From Rhynchobatus australiae (lineage: Eukaryota): 64,000 bases of DNA. The DNA is taken from positions 101,164,910-101,228,909 of the forward strand of contig JAUZTB010000087.1 in the NCBI GenBank assembly GCA_034780895.1, written 5' to 3'. Of this stretch, positions 11,293 through 24,000 are shown piece after piece; the first letter of the stretch is position 1; every line of letters starts with the position of its first letter. The notes below the pieces were generated by a model, which searched no databases, was not told where the DNA came from, and saw only the letters and a program-made list of their open reading frames with translations. A program made the translations under genes and the position numbers.

Positions 11293-14200
11293 ATCATTCC
11301 TTTATTCACATCATCCAATTTTCACAGATCTAAACCCCCATCAGTGCTAATATAATCTGCACTGGGACTTTATTCATATTTGCTCTGCAGGAATACTAAT
11401 CAGAAAGCACAGAAAGCTTGGGCTTTTTAAACTATCCCAAATTTGTAAATCAAAATATTCAGCTAAAATAATCCCAAAACATTGGCTGAATAAAGCCCAG
11501 GCTTCATTAGCATTTGCAATCTATTTTTCGCCACTGTCCTCAAGTTTTTTTCTCCCTGTAGTGAGACACTGGAAAACACAAGAGATAAAATCCTTTCAAG
11601 AATGGGATGGCTTGAATTACCAACACTTTTGCTGCAAGCAACTGCTTTGCAACTTCAGCTGTTATGTCAGAAAATCAATCAATTATTTCAGCAAATCCGT
11701 GATACTTTTTCCATCTAAACCAGCTTGTAAATTATTAACCACAAGTTTCTTTCCTCCCAGTGATGCTCTATTCTTAATCCAAATACCTTGCAATGTGTGC
11801 ATTGACAAATGCAGATCCATATGTCAGTCTTTTCAAACTAATTAAATGGTTTTTATCATCTAAAGAAAGTAAATGGATAATAGGTTGTAGGGGCTTCAGT
11901 CCACAGGATCCTTTTCATGTGCACAGCTCTGTTGTGCCATTAGACACAACACAAGATAAGATGATCGTAGTCTATATTTTCAGCTATAGTGGAATTGGAC
12001 ACCTTCTTGCTATGACAGAATCTCCACACAGGTGGCCCTAACTGATTCTCGCAACAGTGTTAAATGCTTCAGAAGTCAAATTGCCATTTGCTTCATCACT
12101 GCTTCCATCTGCCACATTCACCATTCACAAAATGTTGGCTTTTCTCATCTTAGTCCACGAAAGGAGCCAGAGAAAGGCATGAATAAACTTCTGAGTCCTA
12201 GAGCACATGGCCATCCATCATGCCCAGCAATGACATGAGATCAGTGGGGTGAAACTTTTTGGATGATCCACTTCCATTGTAGGCATATTATGAAATAGAA
12301 ACTAAAGGCACCCTACATCGAATTCAGTACTTTTGAAATATAGTCACTGTTGTTATACATGAACCATAGCTACCAATTCATGCACAGCAAGTTCCCAAAA
12401 ACACTAACAGCACAATCTTTAACTGGATTTTTTTTTCAATTGATGCTGCTTGAGGGATAAGTATAAACCAGGGCATAAGGAAACACTCTTGTGTTTCCCT
12501 ATAATGCTTCAGCCACTATATGGGCAGATATTTAAAATGCCAACTAGAAATTTCAGGGAGTTGTTGTGCAACAGGTGGGATATCTATTTTACGAAAGATT
12601 TTGGGGGGTTTCATTTATGTACATTATTTTATGGATGTGTAATGCCTTTTTTTTAAGGTTCTGTTAAAAAACATGAATTTTTCCACATCAGTACGAATTT
12701 CTTCAGAAGTCAGATTGCCATCAACAGAAATTGGTTTATCCCTGCTTCCATTTTCCATTTTCCAATTAAGCTTATAACTAATAGTTCTATTTCCTTTTGA
12801 TTAAAAGATAACAGAAAATTATGAGGAGATCACCTTTTTTCCCATTTCTGACCACATTGATTATACAGCAAGATAGCATTGTGCTAGGACAACTGATCAA
12901 TTAGCTAGGCTGCTGCTTATAGCTTCTCCCTTGTGCCTACCTGTTATTCCAATGTCAGGTCTGACACAGATCAAAGTGAGAGAAATGTTGGCTGGCACCA
13001 ACCAGAGCACCTCCTCTCATCTTCCTGGCAATTGTAATCTCAGCAACACTTCCAGGTTTAAAATCAATGCAGGACTTGCCATCTGACTAACTCAATGACT
13101 TATTGTTCTTCCATAGATAGACCAGTAAGAAACCTGCTGTTGTACAAATTGCACAGCTTTTGAAAAAGCCAGTTGATATACTTTTAAAATAATGGCTCAA
13201 CTCGTCCAACTGACTCCATTACTCAGGCCTGTCCTGTCACTTCCCTCATCTAGTAAATTGTGTAAGAACACTTCCTAAATTTGCAAGGAGAAACAGAGAC
13301 TTGCAGTTATGCAGAATCATGATCACATCAACAATAACACTTCACATTGTGAACCACTCCCAAATAAATGGCAACTGCTGTGTGAGTGGATGGGGAACCC
13401 ATTGTGTGCCAGTTATGTCCCAATGAAGCTTATAACTAAGAATTCCATTTCCTTCTGATTAAAGCAACAGAATATTATTTGTTCTGAAAATGGAACATTA
13501 TCACAATCATTATATACAGTGCAGCAACTTGTGGTTTCTGAGCGAATTTATACATGTATTCTTTATAAACAGGTTTACCATTTGGCACAAATGCAAATTG
13601 ACAAACCGAAGGATAAGTACATTGGGTGCTTTATCAGAATTACATCCTTTTTCTCTAATTTTGTCAGTTAAATCTGGATGTTTATGTTAGGTAACTGAGC
13701 AATCTCCATTTCAGGCCCTCAGCATCAAGCAAAGCCAGGCATGCCAATCAAAAGCAGAGTAAGCAAAATTCTGTCACAGAAACGATAAAATCCAAAGGAT
13801 ATCTCGTCTGACATTTTGTCCCATCCCCATACTGTGGTACCTTCAATTAACAGCAACATTTATTTGGGGAATGTTTTAACACTAAAGCCTAATATTCATT
13901 AGGGACGAATTAGAGTTGTCTAAAGCATTCTCATGTAGAACCCTTGAAGATAGTTTATACTAGCAAACAATAGGGTCTTTCATAACCTGCAGTGGGCTGT
14001 GAACTCAAGTCACATTGTTGGAAGTCTAATACCTACACTGCAGCAGTTCCTCTCTCCTGTTTCCTTTATTCGTAAGCTGGTCAAAGGCATAAAACTAGAG
14101 CATTTCTCAAAGGTATAATCTTCAGCTTCCACGTCCATGATCAAATCTCCTACCCTACATTGTGGTAATTTACGGTAACTCACTCATGCCCTGAGTGATA

Positions 14201-16834
14201 ACGGAACTTGGTTCTCCTCAACCCAGCAGCCTTATAATTTTTTACAAGAAACAAATGTTACAGCTTTTATGCGCAAATATAAAAATAACTTTAGAAAATA
14301 CAGAACTAAAACTGATCTTCTATCTATCCAGTCTGTGACAAAAAGAATATTAATCTCCAGATGCAGAAACATGCTGAATCCTTGACTTCAAAAACAAGCA
14401 GAGAAAAAACTTCTTATCTCCAGAAAACTAAGCAGTTCTTCCAGCTGCAATGTAAAAGGGTTTTCTAGACTTTCCATGCTAAACTAATGCCTGGATAACC
14501 ATCAAATCATCCATTCCAATCAACAGAAGATCCCAACTTCATGTCAGTGCAATATATTGTTAAGTGATATGTCAGAAAATCAATTAATTACTTTTAAGTA
14601 GCAGTTAAGAGTATCCACACAATACTCCCATTTGAATTATTAAACAGAACAAAGGTTGTTTTTCAATCTGAAACTCTGCCTTCAAATAAAGTGCAAAAAA
14701 AGTCTGTGTACCCTGCAGCCTCATCAGAATTACTGGACAGGCAGACACACTGGCAGTGCATGCCGGGGATAGAGAAGAGTAAGTAGGTGGTGATGCAAGT
14801 GGTGGGTGTCAAACTATCACAATGATAACTTTATCCTACTTCTCAGTGGTGGCTTTTTGTGGAGATCATGTCTGACTGGAGTCTTTTATCTCACTGAAAC
14901 ACAACGAAGGCAGCTGAGTCTGATCACTGTGGTTTATCAGGAAACACCTTGTTTATAAGTTGCTGAAACATCAGGCTGACAATCAGTAGCAGAACTGTCA
15001 CAATAACACACATTACCAAATGATATTGCCTCACCCATTAGATTAAAAGGAAAAGATTGTGAAACATTGTGCGAGAGGGTGCAAACTACTGCAACTTATT
15101 GTTGCTAGGCTTATTAAGTTACTGCTCAGTAACAGTAATAGTTTCAGGCAAGACAAGACCTTTAGTCCATCTAGTCAGCCATTCCCTTGGTGCAGTTCTA
15201 ATTTACGTGTGGCTTGTTTCTTAATAAATTAACTTGTGAGGTACCAGTTCTCTATTAATAGTGGATGAAGAGCTGTATTACAAGAGTAAATGAGTATGAC
15301 GTCATCTGTTTATGATGGGTTTGAGCAGCCAAGTGAGAGGTTGACTTTAGTTTTTGTAGGTTGTTTTTTTTTGTCATTACCCCCTAGTGTTTATTTTAAC
15401 CACTTCCCCCAGTTTCCTTTCTGAACTTGCAAAATTTGTCTTTAGTTCCAAGGGTCCTATCTGCCAATAAAGTATTAAACAAGAAGTGACTATCACCACT
15501 GGCCACCAAGATACAGCAATCCCTGAGACTGACACCAAAATGGTTAGTCCTCAGTCTTAAACCTAGGCAGTAAGTGCCAGTAAGCTCTCCACACTTTGAA
15601 GTTCAGTCCAATTCAATGCTCATATTTTTATCCAGTGGTTGTCACTGGACACTGATCATGAGCATTTAGTCGAACTGATTTTGCTACTTGTTGGCTCTTA
15701 CTCTCAATTCTGTGGTGAGGTGGCAATGGCTAAATGAACCAGGAGTTCTATCTTCCTTCAGATCACTGTATACCAAGACAAAGGTGTGGACATATTGTCA
15801 CTACCCCAAGCATATTCCCATTGGTTCACACCATCCCCATTTCAGAAGAAGCTAAGGTAACACAGCTGCAGATGAGTGGGACACTGCAAACGTCATGCGA
15901 TCAATCTGATGTGCAAAGATTCCAATGGAGCAGAACCACTGTAAAGTTCAGAGATGTGAAACGTAGTACAGCATTTCAAAACAAAATGCCCAAAACTGAC
16001 CACAAAGCAAGTTATGAGGTAAGCACCATGGTGTAACCTCTAATGCTATTCCTGTTTCATGTGAATGAGGTCTGTCTGTAAACATGACCCTTTATTTAGC
16101 CATATTTTAACTGCGCACCCAATATGCAACAGCTCCACTTAAAAGATAGCTTTGTGAAGTATTTGCCCTTTAATCTCTAACTACAGAATAACTTCCCCTT
16201 GGTGTAAAGGTTTTAACCCACGCAATTTAATCCAATNNNNNNNNNNNNNNNNNNNNNNNNNNNNNNNNNNNNNNNNNNNNNNNNNNNNNNNNNNNNNNNN
16301 NNNNNNNNNNNNNNNNNNNNNNNNNNNNNNNNNNNNAATTTAATCCAATACATTCTGTATGAATGATGGTATAACTTCTGGGCCTTGACTATGTGTAACT
16401 GGCAAATAGCTAGTAATATTTATTAATATTTAAATAAATGAAGCATTGAACCAAGAACTGGACATATTCCTAATTCAACAAGCAATAGAGGGATATGAAC
16501 TTGGCAGCAATGAAGATCAAATAATCTGTTCCGGTCCAGAATGTTACCCGAGATGAGTGGGTGAGCTGGATGGGCCAAATGGCCTTTTATCAATCCTGGT
16601 TCTAATCTTCTATTCTCACTTCCAAATAAATTTCTAACTAAATAGTAGACTTAAATAAACAGTACGTCAGCAGGAAATGGAGGCAGTAAGGAGGCAGCAA
16701 ATAAACAAAGTAGTGCTGAAATAGGCTCTCTATAAATGTCTCTCATTCTCACAACATACAAACTTCACTGAACACTTTGTCAGGATTTGCTTCCTTGCAA
16801 TTAATGGATATGAGTGGGACCTTAGTTTCTTCTT

Positions 16835-18160
16835 TATTTGTGACGCTGGCATTGCTGGCAGGGTCAGTAGTTATTGCCCATTTCTGGTTGCTGTTGAGAA
16901 GGTTGTGGTGAGCCACCTTGAGTTATGCAGCACAGAAACAGGCCCTTCAGCCCAATTCATCCATGCCGACCAGATGGCCTACCTGAGATAGCCTTCCTGA
17001 ATGGTTAAAGTATCCCTCGTGAAGGTAATCCCACTGGCGAGGGAGAACCAGCAATGGGGAAGGACTGGCTATATCTTGCCAAGTCAGATCAATGTGCAGC
17101 TTGAAAGGACAAATATTGCCATGCACCTGCTGCCCTTGGTTCCAGCAGCTACATGGTTGGGAAATGCTGTCAGAGTAAATACGGCAAGTAAGTGCAGTTC
17201 TTTCGACGGAAGGCATACACTGCACCATCTGCAATGAAAGAATGAACATTTGTGATCATAGATGGAGAGCTATTCAAGCAGGCTGTTTGGCCTGGATAAT
17301 GTTGAGCTTCTTGAATGATATTGAAGCTGTGCTCTTCCAGATGAGATTTCCATCACAATCCTGACTTGTGGCTTGTAAATGTTGGAAGGGTTTTGGGTGT
17401 CAGGAGGTGAGCCACTCTCCACAGGATACTCAGCCTCTGACCTGCTCTTACAGCCACAGTATTTGTGTATCTGGTCCAGTTGAGAACCTGGTCAATGGTG
17501 ACCACCGGGATTTTGATGTGGGGTCTCAGTGGTGGTAATGTCATTGGCTGTCCAGGTTAGGTGTTAGGTGGTTATTTTCCGGAGGCTTTGTGGCATGGAT
17601 CTACTTATCAGCGCTGGCCTGAATGAGGTTCTGGCCTTGCTGTCTGTGGGCATGGTCTTCTTTATTTTTTAAATGGATTTGAACATTATGCAGTCATCAG
17701 CTGACATCCCTTCCTCTGATCTTACAATGGAAGGAAAGTCACTGGTGAAACAATTGAATCTGTTTGGACCAAAATCATTATCTTGAGGCACTCCTGTAGT
17801 GATGTTAGGTGCTGGGTTGTTTGAACTCAAATAGCTACAGCCAACTTCCTCTGTGCAAGGTTTGATTCCAATCACTGGAGTGTTTTCCCCTTAGCACCTG
17901 TTGCCCTTAGTTTTACCGGGGTTCCTTAAAGCCACACATGATTAACCACTGCCTTTGAATTCAAGAGCAATCACCCACACTTGTCTCTGGAATTCAGCTC
18001 TTCGGTTTGTGTTTGGACCAAGGCTGCAATGAGATTTGGAGCTGTCACCAATACAATCCATACTAGGCATTGGTGAGTAAATGCTGCTTGATAGCACTAT
18101 CAATGTCACCTTTCCACACTTGGCTGATGGCTGAGCGTTGACTGATTAGGGAGTAATTAG
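16835..18160 (-). mobile_element. Old CR1/L2-clade LINE (RT to 3' end), frameshifted
   Basis: ORF pieces TGVPQ..FGP..F.CF..D...SADDC (RT core) and VTIDQVLNWTRYTNTVAVRAGQRLSIL. Confidence 0.8.
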
Positions 18161-19934
18161 TTTGCTGAGGTTACTGCCAAGGCTGTCAAATTAGTGTAAA
18201 GAGCAACAACATAAAAGCCAGTGAGAGCTCCAATTAAGTTAAGGGCACAAGGGACCTTCCAAAACATTATACCACACCTGGACAGCGTAGAGAAGCAGTG
18301 TATTCAGTGACTATTTTTCTGCAGGTGGTGTGTAAGTTAGCATCAGGCTGCAATTCTCCCTCCTGCTGCAGGGAAAACTGCAGCTCAGCACTGGGATACA
18401 TACTGCATGACCCAATGCACTAAAAGCTACTGTGGCTCTAAACTACACTCCCTCTCGCTCGTTCCAAACTGTTTTTGGTGACATGAGGAACATTAACATG
18501 TTTCCTGTACAGATAGCAATTTGGCAAGTCACTTACACCACACTAATGAAAGGCTAGCAGTTTGTTAACTTCCCTTGAAGGTTGGCAAGCAAAAGGAAAA
18601 AGTACTGAGATTTCCCCACATAGTTGGTTTCCAGGGCATTGCAGACTGCGGGTGCATAGCTGCCTTCCTGGCTATTCTACCAATCCCTCCAGACTTGTTC
18701 CTCTGTTTAACTTCAGAGGTACATTTCTGGTGGTGCATGAACCATGTTCATTGTTAGTCTCTGAACTGGTGTCTGCAAGTGTAAGGTTGAGTGAAACTTC
18801 CTCTTTAGCTGAGCTACCCTTGTCTTCTGCTCCGGATGTGTAGCACCTCTGGACCTGAAACAGGGCAAGATAGATAAGCAAGATATAAATATAGGTAAGC
18901 AGTGGATGATGAGTGGTTTCTGGAAAAAGCAACTTTTGCCCCACAAGGGTTAGATTAAAGTGAGGATGATAAAGTGCCCAGGGGAACTTTTCCCTCGCTT
19001 TGACAAACGCCAGCCAATTGACCACNNNNNNNNNNNNNNNNNNNNNNNNNNNNCATGAGGATGAGTAGATCCACTCTTCAAGTGAAAGCTGACCCTGCAA
19101 CAAAGAATGGATTAGTGTCAGTGTTAGAAGTTCTGGGTAGTACACACATCAGGGTGTAACAGTGTTGCAGTGTGTTAAAGATGGAAAACATTTGAGAAAG
19201 CAAGGGATATCATACTGAGTGTGGCAGATGAAGTGTGCTGCAGTGGGAGCAGGAAGAGATGGAGCAATGTGTGCTGCAGGAATGAGAACAGGTTGCTGGT
19301 AACCAGGGGTAGACAGGCATTGCCAGGGCTGGGGCAAATGGGTCAGATATCTTGCACTTACCTGGGCTGCCATTCCTGCACATTCTTATTGCCCAGCTCA
19401 TTTACTATCGTCCTCCCACCTGGTGAAGAGAAGGCGACTCTCTTCCTGCCAAGAATCTCAGAAAAATGGTGGGGAGCCATTGCAGCTTCTCCTCTGCCTC
19501 CAGCTGCATCACATATCACTCTTCAAGTTTGCACCTGCTCTGTGCTAGAAAGCAGCCAATGGCATACTAGTCCAAAGAAAAAATGAGATGGGCAAACCCT
19601 GGAACCACTGAGCAACCCAACTTCAATATCAGCCACAAGAATGTGGCAGGCAATTGGTCAGGGACAGAACATCTCTTTCCCAACACTTCTCTTTCTTTGG
19701 CCTTTTTGTAGTAATTTTATGTCTGAATGATAAAAGTAGTATCCTTATGGTACTATTGTATTTTCATACTCCATTTCTTCCAGGTTGTTTTTTTGAGGGG
19801 CAAAGAGTATGTGCTTGTTATGCATCACCAATCTTTTCTTGCCATCTGGATATTCCTTTTCCTTTTCCAAAGGTGGTTTATTCAGTGATTACAGGATCAC
19901 ACTAGTACAATATTGCAGTACTTCATGATACACA

Positions 19935-20490
19935 CTATTTACCGTTTCAAATTATAACATGGTCATCACGATCCAACACAGACTTGAGCCCCTGAGGTGC
20001 CCACCAGTCCTGGAAATCCCACATTGTACCTGAGAGTACCGCATGCTCCTTCTCCAGGGACACACAGACACGGATATAACCTTGGAAAAGGGGCAGGAAA
20101 TCGACTCAGGCTGAACCCTCGACTGCCCACTGCCTAGACCTGTGAATGACCACCTTGGCCAGGTCCAGGAGCAAACCGACCTGGAGATCCCCTGAGCAAC
20201 CCACCCTCCCCTACGTACCAGGTGACCACAGATCAGGAGCGTTGGGCTTGAGTGCAGCCAAAATTCGAGGAGCAGCCCCTTCAGATACTCAAATAGAGGC
20301 TGCAAGCTCTCACACTCCTTATGTACATGATTCACCGCCTGTCCACAGAAGTGACAGGCAGCTGGGGAATCCGTAAGCCAACTTAAGAATCTGTTACACG
20401 GTACTGCTCTATGCAACACTTTCTACCCCAGGTCCTCAATGTAAAGGGGGAGGTGTCCCGCATGAAGAGACATCCACTGGGGACCTCTCT
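19935..20490 (-). mobile_element. Tx1-like (L1 clade) LINE ORF2 C-terminal fragment
   Basis: PQW.SL...LP....DLG*KVLHRAVPCNRFL.....CHFCG....H...EC..LQPLF.YL: a zinc-knuckle region typical of Tx1 elements. Confidence 0.7.
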
Positions 20491-20910
20491 GAGTACTCCT
20501 AGGTGCTGTCCATTTTATGAGACCAGATTACTCATTGCCTCTAAATAAAATTAGTTCTTCGTACACAATAAGCATGCTGCCTGATTTCTTTTCCTTGTTT
20601 CTTGTCTTTACTTAGTTAATTTGATTTCAGTATTACAACCGTCACTGTAGTGCAGAGTTGCTACTGACCACCTATAAACAGGGTTGGCCAAGCTTGAGTA
20701 TGTGAAAGGTGATATATAAATTATTTTCTTCTTTCAAGACCCATGGACCAATTAGACCCTCAATTTGTCAGCTGTAAAGACTCTGACCCTTCAAAAGAAT
20801 GCCAATAATTTTTTGACTGCTTCATCTTTATATCATCAGCACAATGTTGTCAACCATATTTTAGAATATGTTCAAGAGATAATGTCCTGCAGTTGGAGGA
20901 AAGCTGTAAT

Positions 20911-21098
20911 AAAACAGAAAATGCTGAAAAGATGAGGAAGTCAAGTGGCACCTGTAGAGAGAGAAACAGAGTTGATGTTTAGGTCAATGACCTAGCATCA
21001 GATCGATTCTGATGAAAGATGATTTGACTAAAAATATTAATGCCCTCACTTTCTCCACAGATGTTGTCTGACCTGCTCTTTCCAGCATTTGCTAGTTT
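20911..21098. mobile_element. Palindromic Penelope-derived element
   Basis: Arms AAAACAGAAAATGCTG...CTGTAGAGAGAGAAAC and TTCTCCACAGATG...CCAGCATTT are imperfect reverse complements centred on CATCAGA-TCGAT-TCTGATG. Confidence 0.65.
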
Positions 21099-24000
21099 AA
21101 TTTAGATGTTGTTGTTCAAGCAAAAATTAGTGAATCTTTAGCACATGTTTGGATATTCCTATCTAGATCAACCCATTCATTCTAACCCGGCTAATGCCAA
21201 TGCTAAAGCAATGGGCACCATTCTAATGTCCTCATCCTTATACAACATGGAATAATTCTCAAAATATGTCCTTCTTTTATTGTGAGCCAAAATGAAGTTC
21301 CTCTTGCAACTCAAGTTTAAATAACATGATGGAAAAGGTGAACATCATTTCAGTGTCTAATTGAAATTACTGGGTTTTAAATGCCTCAGGCAAAAATGAA
21401 TCAAATTCTCTGGTGAGTTTGGTAAGTGAAAAGCTTATTAAGCATGACTGCATGTCATTTTCCAATTTGCCAGTATTTAATAATCTCTAGGGTAGATTAA
21501 GTCCAAGTAAAAGCAAACACCTTGCCCCAGCACTGTGCATTCGCAGCTGGTGCCTCGCTGCCACTAACCACTTCTGCTTTTGCCAACTTTGACAATGAAC
21601 AAGGGGCAGTTTCGTTTATCCCCTCCCTTCTCCTGGGCCGTGTACCTGATGCGAGACGGAGGAGATGCAACCAACATCTTCGGTAGCGTGGAATTTCATT
21701 CCTGTTACGTACTACTTTCTTACACTATTTGCATGTGTTAAATTTCTAACTATCAAAATTAACGACACGGGATTTTGTCTCAACTATAAAGCATTGAACA
21801 ACATCAAACAACTTTGTTTAAATTTGGTGATTTATGCCTGGTGCAACAATTTAGTAATGAAGTTTATTTTTTATTGAACGTGATTTAAAGTGCATTTATC
21901 ATAATTCTGGGGGCGCGATTTACCTCAAACACAAATCTGCTTAAAAACTAGATTTCCCTTGTTTTCTGTGCGATTCTCGTGAAGTAAATTGTCACACGCA
22001 TCATCAGTGAAGAAACGCGCGGGATTGGTCGCGGGATGTCACTTTGCGCCAAACAGTTGGTTTAGTTTATGGTATCTCTCGAGCAACTTCAGGTTCGGTT
22101 CTAGAAATGCGGATTGTTTTTTTAATTCTTAAATATTTTCCGTGCGTGCACACAAAAAAAAAGTGATTTAGTTTATCATCATCTAAGAGCAGCTGTAATC
22201 TTTCATTGGCTGGGCTACAATCAAAAACGATTTTCTTGAAAGGGCTTGCAATCGGCCTGCTAAATGGAAAGAAGAGTGTCTGAGATTAAGTTGTGGCTTT
22301 AACTGTGGCTGTGATGATGCTTTAGCAGAGCTGGTCGTGGTTAAAGGGCCTTTCCACTTCATCTGGACTCCCCGTTCAATCAGATAGGACAGCGGTATTT
22401 CANNNNNNNNNNNNNNNNNNNNNNNNNNNNNNNNNNNNNNNNNNNNNNNNNNNNNNNNNNNNNNNNNNNNNNNNNNNNNNNNNNNNNNNNNNNNNNNNNN
22501 NNNNNNNNNNNNNNNNNNNNNNNNNNNNNNNNNNNNNNNNNNNNNNNNNNNNNNNNNNNNNNNNNNNNNNNNNNNNNNNNNNNNNNNNNNNNNNNNNNNN
22601 NNNNNNNNNNNNNNNNNNNNNNNNNNNNNNNNNNNNNNNNNNNNNNNNNNNNNNNNNNNNNNNNNNNNNNNNNNNNNNNNNNNNNNNNNNNNNNNNNNNN
22701 NNNNNNNNNNNNNNNNNNNNNNNNNNNNNNNNNNNGAGTAACCAGACTGACGGCCACAAGCTTTAGTTTTGGCAAGGCAATCGATTATTTATTTGTGTGA
22801 GGTTTAGGAATTATTTGAATACTCGAGCTCTCAATGGCGCTATACAGTAACTCTCACAATGACTGGCAAACTGAATTAAATAGGAAAGCCTGCATGGATT
22901 AAGGAATTTAAACGGCGCTGTTTGACAGAGCCACTATGGTTACACTCGGCTTGTGACTGTGTTTCATGGATCAACCTGGAATCATCCTTTCCCTTCGCCG
23001 TTACTAAGCAATGTGTGGAAGTTAATTGAAATTATACTGGGACTGACAGGGTGGCTACAAACGTACGAAAACAAATGTGACGTATTCATGTTAAAGAGGT
23101 GTATAAAAAGCTACTGTTTAAGCACACCCTCAGACAAACACAAGCGGTTTAGAGTGGGAGGTGACAAATGGAAAAAATTCAGGTATGCAACCAGAAATGG
23201 GGAGAATATGCAACAGCTAACGAAGTCCAAACCCGGAAACTGTGGTCATAACTATAGTTAGTAACCATAGAACTATACCTAATGGAGATTCAGGACAAGA
23301 CCTTTTTCGAAGTCTGGAACGAAAAATGTTTCCTAAGGGATTTGATGTTCGCCGCCCTTCAAACATATATTTCCATTATTTTACTTTCCGTGACTGCGGG
23401 AAATTGACGAATATTGCAGAGATCAGGTTGCATATCTGTACAATTAGCTGATGTTTTGTGTGTTTTTGTGAATTTTAAGGGGATAAAATAGCTTCATGTT
23501 ATCACACCCACGTTAACAGACACGGTACAATGGAGTAATGTAACCACCAGCAAGAAATACGTGTTGTAAGACGGCCCACGAGTGAGGTGTGATGCGTTGC
23601 ACCAGGACAGCACATTTGACCAAGGTCAACAGCATCCTGTGTGGTTGAACTCTTGTCTCTGGGCTCATGCTACACCAACGAGCGCCACCCAAAACAAAAC
23701 AAATCCCCACTCCAAGTATCTCTCTGGATGAGCTGAAAATCCTCCCTGCGCTGTGATTCCTTCCAACAAACGCCCCAGCTGCCGTTAAGTTTAACTCGCT
23801 ACTCAAAAATCAAATACGAGCTTCATATATTTAATGGATTCGGTAACATCGTGCGGGAACCCCATAAGCACCATGGTCAGCGAAACCTTGGGTGCGGGAG
23901 GTTAACGGAATGTGGTGAAGCGATTGTTGGCTATGCAATAACATCTTATAATAATAATTATTGTTTCTTGCAAGCTGTGTTCAAAATTCTTCCTTAAGAT

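Noticed and set aside
18672-19586. 157-aa and 121-aa ORFs
   Set aside because: No recognisable motifs or splice context, and one spans an N gap; probably chance or decayed repeat.
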